Part shown: in pieces, positions 1 through 11,145 of the stretch
Layout: the number at the start of each line of letters is the position of its first letter
How positions within the stretch are numbered: position 1 is the stretch's first letter
Assembly: GCA_035084275.1 (NCBI GenBank)
Contig: CM068761.1
Location: 8,618,001 to 8,682,000, forward strand
DNA length: 64,000 bases
Direction: 5' to 3'
Source: Hydrolagus colliei
Lineage: Eukaryota
The notes under the pieces: model-generated
Told to the model about the DNA's origin: nothing
Seen by the model: only the letters and a program-made list of their open reading frames with translations
The model's database searches: none
Program-made: the position numbers and the translations under genes

Positions 1-74
1 ATATTGAATAGAAGCAACACCACTAGTATTGAAAATAAAATTAAAATTTAATGAATATATACATAAGATAACAA

Positions 75-2660
75 CAGCAAAATTATACTGATAGAGCGCC
101 TTTCATGTCAGGAGGATGTTGCAAGGCGCTGAAGAATTAGATCATATCCGATCGGGTAAAGTGGTGGGGGGGTGGGGGCAAGAGAGTAGGAAAGGTGGGA
201 TAGTTTGGAGAGTTGGAGAAGGCACGGTCGAAGAGGAAGCTGTTGAGACTGGTCTTAAAGGAGGAAAGGGAGGAAGAGAGGCGAACGAGTTGCAGGATGG
301 AGTTCCAGAGTGTGGGACAGAGTGGCTGAAAGCCCGGCCACCGATGGTAGGTCAGTTTTGGGCGGGGGACATGGAGCATGAATGGCCTTGAAAGTGAGGA
401 CGAGGATCTGGAATTTAACTCTATTGAAGATGATGAGCCAGTGGAGATGGGCAGAGCCTAGTGCAGGAGATTCCACGAGCTGCAGAGTTCTGAATAATCT
501 GCCGTAGTCGAGCCTAGATGTGATGAAAGCGTGGATGAGTGTTTCAGCAGCATGGGGGGTGAGGTAGTGGCGGAGGAGGTGGAAGGCTGTACCGGGCATG
601 GCGTGGATTTGGGGGAGGAAGGATAGTTTGCGGTTGAACAAGCTACCCAGATTGCTGACTGGCTTCAAGAGGTGGAGAGTGCATCCTTGAATGCTGATGT
701 TGCCAGCACCTGAGGTGCTGAGGCGCTGACGCCAGTGAATCAGGATGGCCTCTGTTTGTTGATGTTTAGTTGGAGTCAGTTGTCCCTTGTCCGGGACTAA
801 ATGTTGGACAGACATGCAGTCAGAATGCCATTAGTCCAGGAGTTGAGTGTGGAAGCGGAAAGGTAGAGTTGGGTGGCATTCGCACACATGTGGAAATTTA
901 CCACCTTTCAGGTGATGATTTCACCGAGGGGAAGCACGTAGATGGTGAGGAGCAGGGAGCCAAGAACAAAGAATGCCACATGTGACTGTATGAGGGCTGG
1001 AGGAAAAACCGTTAGGGGAGACAAACTGAAAGCTGTGTGAGACATATGGCTGGTACTAGTCAAGACCCTAGAAGATTGAGGAGGGAGGAGATGCGGGAGA
1101 GGAGAATTGCATGGTCAATGGTATCAAAGGCAGTGGATAAATTGAGGAGGACGAGGAGGCAGAGGGAGGCCAGGTCACGGATTGTCAGGATGTCATTTGG
1201 GACTTTGAACAGAGCAGTTTCCCACCCCAATTGGAGGGGTTCGAAAAGTGAGTGGGTTGAGTGGAAAGAGTGGAACTGTGAAGAAACACATCTTTCGCTG
1301 ACCTTAGACAGGAAAGGGAGAATGGAGATGGGCGGGTAACTTGAGAGCTGCAACACATTGAGGGAAGGTTTCTTTAGCATGGGGGTGATAGTGGCAGATT
1401 TGAGGTGAGTAGGAATGGTGCCAGATGAAAGGTGGCAGGTTAGTGGAGTCGGCAATTAGTGGAGCTAGAAGGTGGAGCTGGGTGGTAAGAAGAGGGGTTT
1501 GGATGGGGTCAAGGGAGCAGGTGATGTGCTTGATGGAGTCGATGGTTTTTGTGATGGAGGATGGGGAGATGGTATGGAATGCGTGGAAGGAGGGATGGTT
1601 AGGAGACAGGATTTGTGGGGAAGATGACAAGGGGGTGGAAGTTGGAGGGACGGTGAATCGCAGAGCAGCTATCCTCGATTTTGGACTCAAGTAAATCCAG
1701 CATCTCCTCGCAGCGGGCGTTGGAGGAAAGGATATGTGAGGCAACGTGAGGCAGTGGGCGGGAGGACAGGACAACAATGGGGGGATGGAAGACCTGGTTG
1801 GTGTTAGAGAAAAGCATTCAGGATTTGTACTTCGCCTCCAGGATTATTCTGGAGTAGAAGGACTATTTGGTGGAGGCTAGAGTGGAGCAGTACGATGAAG
1901 TGAGGTCCAGCCAGATATGCCATTGGACAGTTAGGCGGGAATTGAGCCACGTGCGTCAGTGGCCCACATCTGGCTCTTGAGGAAATGGAGGTGAGTGGTG
2001 AACCAGATTGAGGTTCGGAAGTAGGACGCAGTTTGATAGGTGAGGGGGGCAAGTGCTTTGAATGTGGTGGAGGGGGTTTTGTGGGGGAGAGTGAGTGCAG
2101 AGGATGGGTCAGTGCTGAAGGTGTGCCAGAGGGAGAGGAGTTTGGAGGACTCTAAGGTAGCAGAGAAAGTTTGTGGGGGGATCTTCTTCCATGCGCGGTA
2201 GAAGATGGTGGTAGGTTTGGGGGTGGAGGGGAGAGTGCTCGGAGATGGCCTTGTTTGTGATCGTGAAATCAGAGACACTGAAGCTCAGGGTGATCACCAA
2301 TTTAAACCGGTGGCCGTGAATATGTGTGGCGGAATGGATGTGGAGGGAGAGGTTGAGAGAGGAGAGGAGGGAGGAGAATTCTGAGGAGGTGGAGCAAGTG
2401 AGGCTGAAGTGGAGGTTGATGTCGCCAAGGATGATGAGATGAAACATGACATCCGATCGGAGGAGGATCAGAGGTAATCTAGGAGTGTGGAGAAGTCAGA
2501 GATGAAGGTTTGGGAGAGTCAGTGCTGGAGGTGACTAAATATAAAAATAAGATAAAAAGGCAATTAAGAGAACACTGACTGGAGATGGTTGATGTGGTCA
2601 TTGCAAACACACTCTGGGTAGGTAATCCCCCCTCTTCATCTGAATGACTCCGCCCCCTCC
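75..2660 (-). mobile_element. Degenerate L2-clade LINE (endonuclease and RT remnants, 3' tail)
   Basis: Minus-strand fragments read ILGDINLH (endonuclease GDFN-like), LLNLSTAFDTIDH, and HAAETLIHAFITSRLDY. The tail ...GACATGAAAGGCGCTCTATCAG is shared with other L2 tails in the window. Many frameshifts. Confidence 0.85.
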
Positions 2661-2984
2661 CACTCACTGATCACATCCACCATCTCCAGTATGTATTCCC
2701 TTAATATTATTTAATATTTTATTTATATATTTACCAAATAACTGACATAAAATTTAATCAGCTAATATCGCTTCAATTAATCCAATTGCTAATTATTTTT
2801 TCTAGCTATTTAATAATTCGTCAATGACGTATAATCGAAACAATGTATACTGAGATATAGCGAGGAGTGCCAGTATATACGTGAGTAAAACAAGGCAGCA
2901 CATTACACACAGGTGTAGCCAACAAACCGCTGGATTTAAATGACTACTTTATTGTTTTTTTAAGGTATTGTTGGGTATGTGTTG

Positions 2985-3085
2985 TAAGAAAACTTGCGCA
3001 ATGTTTCGCCCTTCCTGGAATTGAGTCCAATTCTCTCGCTTTTAAGGCATGTGCTCTATCCACTGAGCTACTGGACTCCTCAGTT
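2985..3085 (-). mobile_element. tRNA-derived SINE head fragment
   Basis: Reverse complement reads GTAGCTCAGTGGATAGAGCACATGCCTTAAAAGCGAG...TCAATTCCAGG, with A- and B-box-like motifs. Same family as copies at 3.3, 8.1, 12.8, 31.6, 33.9, 38.8 and 62.0 kb. Confidence 0.7.
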
Positions 3086-3329
3086 GAAGGGTCCTCAGGC
3101 ATCCATCAGTATATTTATTATAATGATGATAATAGGAGGCGGCACCAATCCATGCAGATAGATGGGTAATCTGTAATAAACCAGATATTAGAATACAAAA
3201 TACATAGTAAATGTAGCAGAACATGTGTGGCTTTAATATGTGCTGACAACATAAGCAATAAGGAACTAGGGAAGATGAGGAAACAGATCGATCTGGAAAT
3301 GGAATGTGGAACACATGTAGCAGTATAAA

Positions 3330-3605
3330 TCAAACATAAATCCTATAGTTCAATGTTTAGAGTACTCGCCATACAAGCAAGTGACCTGGATTCAATATCA
3401 GACAGGGCGAAATCTTGAGCAAGTTTCCATACAACATATGCCTAATCCCTCAAAAAAGGGACTGATAAATTGCTCACTTCAATCTGCGACTGTTTGTGGG
3501 ACACTGCTGATATGTTTCGCCCACATATATTCACTATTTGTTGAGGGATATAGGTCATTGTGTAAAGCGCTTTGAGACATCTAGAAGATGAAAGGATTGG
3601 TTTTA
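3330..3605 (+). mobile_element. tRNA-headed SINE with L2/Deu-SINE-like tail
   Basis: Head TTTAGAGTACTCGCCATACAAGC...GGGCGAAATCTTGAGCAAGTTTCC, tail TGTTTGTGGGACACTGCTG...GTAAAGCGCTTTGAGACATCTAGAAG. Confidence 0.7.
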
Positions 3606-3701
3606 TTACTTAGGATTTGTTTTAGTCATCCACAAATATTTCGAAAGGAATAGAAACACGTTATTGTGTTTTGTTTTGGCTTGATGCGTCTTGTGTGCAA
3701 T

Positions 3702-3730
3702 CATCTGCAATCATCTGGAAGTATTTGCAT
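3702..3730 (+). promoter_or_regulatory. Candidate B-cell enhancer core: E-box, E-box, Ets, octamer
   Basis: CATCTG (3702), CATCTG (3712), GGAAGT (3717) and perfect ATTTGCAT (3723-3730). Retained in inverted paralogs at 33445 and 51467. Function is inferred. Confidence 0.55.
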
Positions 3731-4289
3731 TGACAGCAATATTCTTAGAGAAACAAAATAATCCATGTTTGTGATAAACGTGAATGTTTGAATGGAAATG
3801 ATACCTGTGCCTATTGAAATACAGATAGAGATTCTATTAGTTCAGTATGAATTTAATAGGGTGACAATTTCTTCAAACTTTAAAATACAACATTAATCTG
3901 GTACTTTTAGTCACACCTTGGATTTCTACCCAAGCTTCTGATAGATGAGACGTGGGCAGATTCAGGCGAGGAACATTCAATCTGTGGAGGGCGCTATCTC
4001 ACAATAAATAAAAACGTTTCCTCACTCGCACTGAGGCAACAATTTTGAATGAGTGTCGATTTGAATTTCACAGCTTATATGAAATTTACTCAGGTTGTTG
4101 CTCCTTGTAGTGTCTGTTTGTGTAGCCAAACACAGTGCTTGTTTTGCAGCAGCAATATCACGCAACAAAAGAACAACAAAAATTGTAAATAATCTTATGT
4201 ATAGACAAATGCAAGAACACATTGCATTTATGCAGCATGTTGCCAAAACTCGTCATCCGTGCTATGATTGGATTGAATTTGGGATAGTT

Positions 4290-4720
4290 GGAAGCATGAC
4301 CAAGGCACGGTGAAAGCGAAAGGACTTTTGATGAGATTTCAAAAGTGAAGCAGTACAAGACAAAGTGTTTCCAAGACAATTGTCCCAAGGAGTATGGCCA
4401 AAACATGTTGAAGGCCTTTTGCGATGAATGCAAGAATGATTGTCTCTGCAGCGTGAGTGGAGAGGCAGTGGCAGTGTTGGTCAGTGTAGTGGAAGTGCAG
4501 GAATACAGAACTGTGGGTGGCATCCATATCGGCATAAGGAAAGTTGAGCATCCACCAGAATACTGACGCTTTGTGGAAGTTTTGGCCGGTGAAAAACGAA
4601 TCTGTTAATAGTGTCGTTGTCAGTTCTTTGGGTTAGGAACTGCAGACAGGAGCCAAATAAGGCGGACTTCACTTTGTCAACAATAAACTGGAATAAATTA
4701 GCCATTATTCAGGGCTTGAT
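4290..4720 (-). mobile_element. Old L2 3' fragment
   Basis: Translates to ...CLSTHAAETIILAFIAKGLQHVLAILLG, matching the L2 ORF2 C-terminal pattern. Paralog at about 46020-46430. Confidence 0.6.
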
Positions 4721-4779
4721 CCATGAAACCATGCAACCAAACTGCGCACAGCAGTGTCCCACAAATAGTCGTGGGAGTG

Positions 4780-5290
4780 GGGTTAGGGGACAAAGGGGGA
4801 AAAGAGCATAAGGGGGAAAGTGAAGGATAGGTGAGGTGAGGTACAGTTGGCAGGAAAAGTGTAGGCGAAAGGGGGTTAAGGTGGAGAAGGAGGTAAAGCG
4901 GAGTGGTTAAAATCTGGGAGAAATGGGAGAAAGGGGTTTAAAGGGAAACAGGGAAGGAAGGGAGAAAAGGGGGAGAGGGAAAGAATGGGGGGAAAGGGAG
5001 CAGAAGGAAGAAAGAGGGAGAAGAGATGGGAGGGAAAAGAGGGAAGAAAGGAGGGAAGATAAGGAGGGGAAAGGAAGGGAAGTGGACAGAGAGGGTAGGG
5101 GTGAAAGAGCGAGAGGAAAGAAAGGGTTGGGGGGAAAGATGGAGTGAAGAGAGAAGAGGAAAGAGAAGCAATGAAAGAGGGATGTAAAGAGCGGATTAGA
5201 GATAGGCAAAGAAGGGAGTTAAAAAGGGAGGAAAGGGGGAAAGAGAGCGAGGGAAGAAAATGGGGTAAAGATTATGGTACAAAAGGGGGG
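4780..5290 (+). repeat. Polypurine (GA-rich) low-complexity tract
   Basis: About 500 nt almost free of C/T on the plus strand. The counterpart in unit C is the CT-rich tract at 45130-45790. Confidence 0.9.
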
Positions 5291-5331
5291 TATTAATCAA
5301 TGCGAACAAAAATGACAACAATAACAATAAT

Positions 5332-5484
5332 GAAGTCCTTGAGCTCACCACTCCTTGTGCTCACCATCTGCCTGGACGACCTGTTTGAGGTGGAACTGGA
5401 ACTGGGTGAAGTGGGAGGTGAGGGCCAACAGTGATGAGTTGAACACTCCTGCTCGGCCTCCAGCCACTGCAGTTGCTCGGCCAT
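5332..5484 (-). pseudogene. RUNDC1: RUNDC1-like N-terminal coding fragment with a frameshift
   Basis: Reads MAEQLQWLEAEQE/FNSSLLALTSHFTQFQFHLKQVVQADGEHKE..ELKDF. This matches the recalled vertebrate RUNDC1 motif (LNSSLLALTSHFAQVQFRLKQIV...ELEEF). Recall-based, no search was run. Confidence 0.7.
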
Positions 5485-5551
5485 GATGGTCACGGCCAGG
5501 GATTGGGCCTAGTGTGGTGACACTAGTGTGGGCCCAAAACTGACCGGCTCT

Positions 5552-5835
5552 TCAGCTGGTGTACTTTGTGATGGCCTTGATGCTCTCGGACATGGCATGT
5601 TTGGCCAGCTCACCCAGCGGCAGCAGCCTGGCCGCCATCTGGATCTCCCACCATGACAAGGTCTGCCACTTGCTATACTGGATGAGGTAATATGCGTCGC
5701 AGGCGTTCCACTCAACTATGTCGTTGACGAACGAGTTCACCACATTCATGGCCGACGATGAGATGCCCGTGTTCATGTGGAGCTGCTTCAGCACCTTGTA
5801 CATGTATGAGGTGTAACTCTGTGTCCTGCGCGTGC
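5552..5835 (-). pseudogene. H2B: Histone H2B pseudogene (diverged, N-terminal tail degraded)
   Basis: [36 protein letters not shown]...[31 protein letters not shown] aligns with the canonical H2B histone fold. No start codon or histone stem-loop seen. Confidence 0.9.
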
Positions 5836-8089
5836 GGCATCTAACCCAGCTGCCCGTCCGCCACCGTCGCATTTTTCAGGGATCACTAAAGTCGTCAGCG
5901 GCTTGTGTTGTCTTTCCAATGTGAAAGGTGCTTCATAAATGTAACTTTGTTGTTGTTGTTCAGTCCCATATTTCTATGTTCTGTTAATAAATTTGATCAG
6001 TTTAATCAAAATAATCCTAACTATGATAATGATAACTGGATACCTGGGATAAATCATCTGCTCAAATGACTTTAAACAAAATTCAATTATGACCACATGT
6101 CACAATGCACATGAAGAAGAAAACACTTTGTATCCTGTCCAGCGATGACACAATTAAAATGAGTATTGACTTCAATAACCATTATGGCTGAGAAACTGTA
6201 AGATATTAGTATGCACAAATTGGCTTCCACATTTACCTAAATAATATACGTCACTGAAGCATCACTTGAAACGAAAAGTCATCATTAAATGAAAGGTACT
6301 TTCTCAAAGGTATTATTATTTATTTCATTTTTAATACACTACAAGTGTGAGTTTTTTTATTGAAGGCCATTTTGGATTTCTATGCATGAGCAAATCATTT
6401 GTTCTTCACCTGTCAAAAATGTGCATTGAATCATCGCATGCTTCCATACAAGCGAGTTTTCAAATTTGAAGATTTGCGTGTATCACTTTCTGAAATGCAC
6501 TGGTGTGTATGTCCTACACTGGTGGAGGTGCCATGCTTTGGATTACACTTGAAACCAAATGTAATTTTCTTGTTAATTTGGAAGTTAAGGATCCCATGTC
6601 ACAATGCAAATGGGGAACAAAGCGTTCGGTGTCCTGGCCAACAATTGCCACACATAAGACTATCATTCATTTCAAGACTGTTTGTGAAACATCACCATAC
6701 ACTGATTGGCTGCTGCATTTTTCCAAAAAGCATGCACAGTATACTCCGCGAAGCATCGTGACAGGTCCTCTCGATATGAACATGCTTTGTCAAAAGTATT
6801 ATCTATTTATTTCATTTAACAGTAAATGTATTATGGAAGTGTTCAGTTTAAAAATGAATGCAGTGTTGGGTTTTCTACGCATGTTCAAGTTACTTTGACG
6901 TATCCTAAATGTGCATGGGATCAGCGCATGGACAGAATTGAATACACGTGAGTGGGAATTCTGGGGGAAATCTTCACTTCAGGACTGTTCTTCTTTTTAG
7001 CGGGTTGTGTAACATTAAACTGCTGTTACACTTCCCGTTCCAGTCTATATCACAATTTTCAGGTCAATGACATGTCCAGAAGATAGGACTTCTGTGTTTG
7101 TATATTGATGCCATTACATCTCTGTTCCCAAGAAGGAAAAGTAGATTAACAGCTGTTAATGTTCTATCAGAAAAAGGAATGGCTGCAAATTAATTCACTG
7201 TGGCATTGATCTGCCTGTGATTCACGCAGAATCACTCCAGTCTCTTTTAAAGGGAACTTAACCGAAAATATGTGTGGACAACCTGTGTGTGGATTTTATT
7301 TTGTATTTTGTTTTGAATTGGTGTCATAACAAATGTATTTATAAATATATACATGTTTTCAAAAGTCTTAAACCTATCTGTTTTCGTACAACGACTGTCT
7401 CCAGGTAAATCCCTTCGATCGAATAAGAAATCATTATCAAAAAGTCAAAACAAACCCGAATATGTCTCTATGTGTATGTGAGGGATGGATAATAGCAAAT
7501 GACAGTCGACCCTATCGATGAATGTGTTGCTGATCCCCAGGCTGGCTGATCAAGTGTGCCGGCACTGTATTCATTGTTTATATCTTTGCCTGAAAGAAAC
7601 GTTCCTTTATCATCGGGGAAAGTAAATCGCGCTATCATTCTGCTGTTAAATATATTACATCTGCAGTGAGGCATGGTGCAGTAAAGCGAATCCTAATGTG
7701 TGGGCAGGGCTGGTACCTGCCAGAAGGTGAATTGGAAAAAGTATTTCAGAAATAGACAAACAGGATCCATGTCACCGGCTGTGAAGTGTGACTTGCACGG
7801 CAGGATCTGTATCAGTTCAGGTGTGGCTTGTCAGTGTGTAAACTGTAACTGAATGAAAAGATGAAACTTTCCCAACTACAAATTATCTTTCATCGGAACA
7901 AGCTTCACAAGCGAATACATCTCTTTGTACCTGGGCAAGCGAATCTTGCAGGATTCACACACTGTAAAGCGGTGAACTACATGAATATTTAATAGAATAA
8001 GACCACGACACTGTCAATAATTGAAGTTTGTGCTATTTAATAAAAACTCTGTTTCACACTGCAAACGAAACTAGCATCAGTTTTCTAAT

Positions 8090-8370
8090 GTCATGTAGGT
8101 CAGTTTAGAGCACTTGCCTTACAATCGAGTGACCTGGGTTTGATTAGTCGGGGCGAAACCTTTGGTAAATTTCCTTACCCCACACGCCCGCTAATAATCC
8201 ATAAAAAAGCCCCCAATAATACATTTCACGACTGTTTGTTGGAAGCAACTTTGCGTAATTGGCTGCCCCTTTCGCTTACATGTATACAGTATATTCTGTG
8301 ACGCGCTATCGGACGTCTAGAAGACGTGCAAAGCACCATTTTAACTGACAGATTATTATTACTTTATCAT
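8090..8370 (+). mobile_element. tRNA-headed SINE upstream of the V promoter
   Basis: TTTAGAGCACTTGCCTTACAATCGAG...GGGCGAAACCTTTGGTAAATTTCCTTAC...GCGTAATTGGCTGCC. Orthologous copies at 12790-13090, 38810-39120 and 62020-62300. Confidence 0.75.
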
Positions 8371-8419
8371 GGTCTTCAGGTTGACACATTATTTAATGTT
8401 ACAATGAAACATCTTTTGA

Positions 8420-8642
8420 AATCCGGGCAGTAAATTGATTCAAATTTGCAAGATGCTACATCTGCTTTTCAGAACAAGGATTCCTATTGGACGATGGGAG
8501 CCGGAGGACAATTTTCATAAATTGTGAATTCAACGGGACTTGCATCACCTGGTGGTTCTTAAGGAGAAGTTTACAATCGAACAGTAAAGTGTCTTTTGTC
8601 TGTGAATCACTAATTTCTCTGATGTTCATCAAACTGTTCACC
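8420..8642 (+). promoter_or_regulatory. Ig light-chain V promoter (unit D)
   Basis: Octamer variant ATTTGCAA (8444), reverse CCAAT box ATTGG (8486) and E-box CACCTG (8546). The block is conserved before all three V genes and in unit E. Confidence 0.65.
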
Positions 8643-9173
8643 ATGGGCGATTGGCTTCGAGTTCTTGCCGCTTTGCTCCTATGTCTGCATGGTAAGCGCT
8701 GCGGAATCCGCACTGATCTCAGTTACCTTACTTTGTACAGTTAGTTCTACAGTGTGACCTATCTACAGTGTGACGTATCTACACTGTGACTTATCTGTGA
8801 CTTGTTATTTCTCCAGGAACAACCGCAGCTGTTACCCTGACTCAGCCACCGTCCATCTCAACCTCCCCGGGAAACAGCGTCAAGATCACCTGTACCATGT
8901 CCGGAGGCAGCATCGGCAGCTACTACACGAGCTGGTACCAGCAGAAGCCTGGCAGCGCCCCTGTGTTTGTTTGGTATCAGTATGGGAGTAGCTCCGCCAA
9001 AGGTCAACGGATTCCTGATCGATTCACTGGTTCTGTGGACACATCGAGCAGCGCCATGCATTTAACCATCAGCGGTGTGCAGCCGGAGGATGCTGCCGAT
9101 TAGTACTGTGGTGTCGTATATAGCAGCAGCTCTCCCTTCACCTTTGGTAAAGGGACCAAGCTGAGTTTGAAAA
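8643..9173 (+). pseudogene. IGLV: Germline-joined Ig lambda-type leader-VJ, in-frame TAG, no C exon (unit D)
   Basis: Leader exon 8643-8691 ([17 protein letters not shown]), GT..AG intron, VJ exon 8817-9173 ([58 protein letters not shown]), donor GTAAGT at 9174. TAG at 9101-9103 replaces the Tyr of YYC. Confidence 0.95.
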
Positions 9174-11145
9174 GTAAGTGATCTTGTTTCGACTTTCGAT
9201 GATTATTGTGATCACGTCAGGAGGACGTCCAAATATAATTGTATGTTTGGCTGTATTCGATATTGTTTCACAGGTTTTCTGTGATAGTCGCATCTGGTGT
9301 CCTAATGATAAACATTTTATGTGGAAATCGGAAATGTAAAAGAATCAAACAAGAACAACAAGAACAACACATTACATTTATAGAGCGCCTTTCACGTCGG
9401 GAGTAGGTCCCAAGGCGCTGCACAGGAGGTGTGTGACCCGATCTAAGAGGGGAGTGTTTGGGAACGGGTGGAACACGAAGGGGAGGTCGAAAAATTCGGG
9501 GTGGAACAAAAGGCACGGTCGAAGAGGAAAGTCTTCAAAACGGCCTTGTAGGAGGAAAGAAAAGAAACGAGAAGGTGGGATTGAGGTATGGCATTCCATT
9601 GGGTGGGAGCGGAGAAACTGAAGGCCCGGCTTCCGATGGTGGGGCGGTTCGGGCGGGGGGCTGATTTTAACTGAAATTCTGTGAAGAATTTGGACGGATA
9701 TTACAGCCAACTAACAATGGTAAAAAGGTGGAGGAAGGAATGACATTAGCGAAGAAGAGATAATCGTGGTGATATTTATAGTTAACAGTCTGAAGGACTG
9801 ACGATTCATTGTAGCACCGCTTAGAGATCGTGGTAAAGAATGTGCTACACCAGGGAAATGTGTTCACACTTTACACCTGAGATTGAAGTTAAATATCATT
9901 GTGCCAGATTATTTAACTTCTATGTTTACTTGTTAACCTCTTTCCCCAGTTTGTCAGCACGAAGTGATGTTTAAAAGCATCTCCATCATAAGGAGATCAA
10001 CAGCATCTTTCCATCTGGTGACTGTCGCTCGGGTCTAATGTACCGATTGGTGAGCGGTTCAATCTCAGAGGGAACCGGATACCCTGAAAGTAGTGTTCGT
10101 CCGTGACTAACTGATCATTTTGAAAATTTAAACTTCTTTGAGACTCAGTAACATTATGTGTAACTGATATATGGGTGATGGAGAATAACTGTAGCGGAGT
10201 TTGTTCTCAGCATCATCACGCATTCAAATCTAATCAATTAGTTTTAGAATAATTCAAATGTTATAATCTTCTTCGTGTTATTGCCATAACATGGTAAATT
10301 GTCTTCGCATTTGAACATTTTTCTATTCCAGAGTTCTATTCGGATTTCTTCAAATATTTTATATTCTCCCCATTACCCCCATTAAAATACATTTCTATTT
10401 TACCATTTATTGAACGCATTTATCTTCAGGTTTCTAATTTTACAAACGTACTATTTTCTCCCAATTTCGTGGTTGATGTCGCTAAGGGCAGCACCATTGG
10501 AGATACTCAATAATATCATGGTTTTCACCACAAGTTGCTGCAGTTGGTCAGACGGGAATCATCGCTCATTAAAGACAGAGGCTGAGTGCCGGCTCAATCT
10601 TGTCAAAATACATTTTCTTCCTTGAAAATGAACTTTATTATTTCCCTCAGGCATCATATTAAAGGGATTCCGATTTGCGTATTGTGTATTGTGATTTGCG
10701 TATTGTTTATTGTGATTTGTGTATTTTGCGCTGGTATTTATGAATTAAAATCAACAAATACGGTGCCAAATAATTTTTTGTGAAATCGGAAGCCTCTCTC
10801 TGTAATCAATCAAAGATTGGATTCTGATTGTGCTCTTGAATTGTTTTTCAGTGCAGAGTTTTTGGTCAAAAGGAAAACGTTTATTTTCTTCCTATTTTCA
10901 GGTTCTTACTCTTTAGACAAACTCTTTCGAATTAATAATGATGTTTCACTGCGCTTTTACTCAGCCGCTCCCGCCACATATTCCTTGTGACGCGACATTT
11001 AGTGTCGTGTTTTATTTCTTATGATTGTATTTACTAATTATTTGAATTGAGGAAAATTTGAGCATGTGCCCACCACTGCAAAAAAACCCTATAATAAATT
11101 GGTCATTTCAACCCACGACAGTTTGTGAGACACTGATGTGCGCAA
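9174..11145 (+). other. J-C intron remnant of unit D, truncated before the C exon
   Basis: Colinear with the introns of units A (59143-61224) and C (35957-38030) until about 11145, where it joins upstream-type sequence. Confidence 0.85.
9345..9665 (-). mobile_element. L2 3' end inserted in the unit D intron
   Basis: Reverse-oriented tail (AACAAG)n...ATAGAGCGCCTTTCACGTCGGGAG. Absent from the introns of A and C. Confidence 0.8.

Noticed and set aside
4907-5209. ORFs over the GA/CT tracts (also 45164-45786)
   Set aside because: Low-complexity artefacts.
5552-5872. Functional H2B variant (106-aa ORF call)
   Set aside because: No ATG start, many substitutions at invariant histone-fold positions, and the paralog has frameshifts.
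9104-9110. TACTGTG at the end of FR3 as a V-replacement signal
   Set aside because: It is dictated by the Tyr-Cys codons, it is absent from the intact gene (TACTGTT), and no RSS-bearing donor V lies in the window.
10586-10783. Transmembrane exon in the J-C intron (acceptor-like TTTCCCTCAG, hydrophobic [10 protein letters not shown])
   Set aside because: The hydrophobicity comes from a TGTATTGTGATTTG repeat of variable copy number. The phase does not match the J donor, and splicing would hit a stop within about 14 codons.
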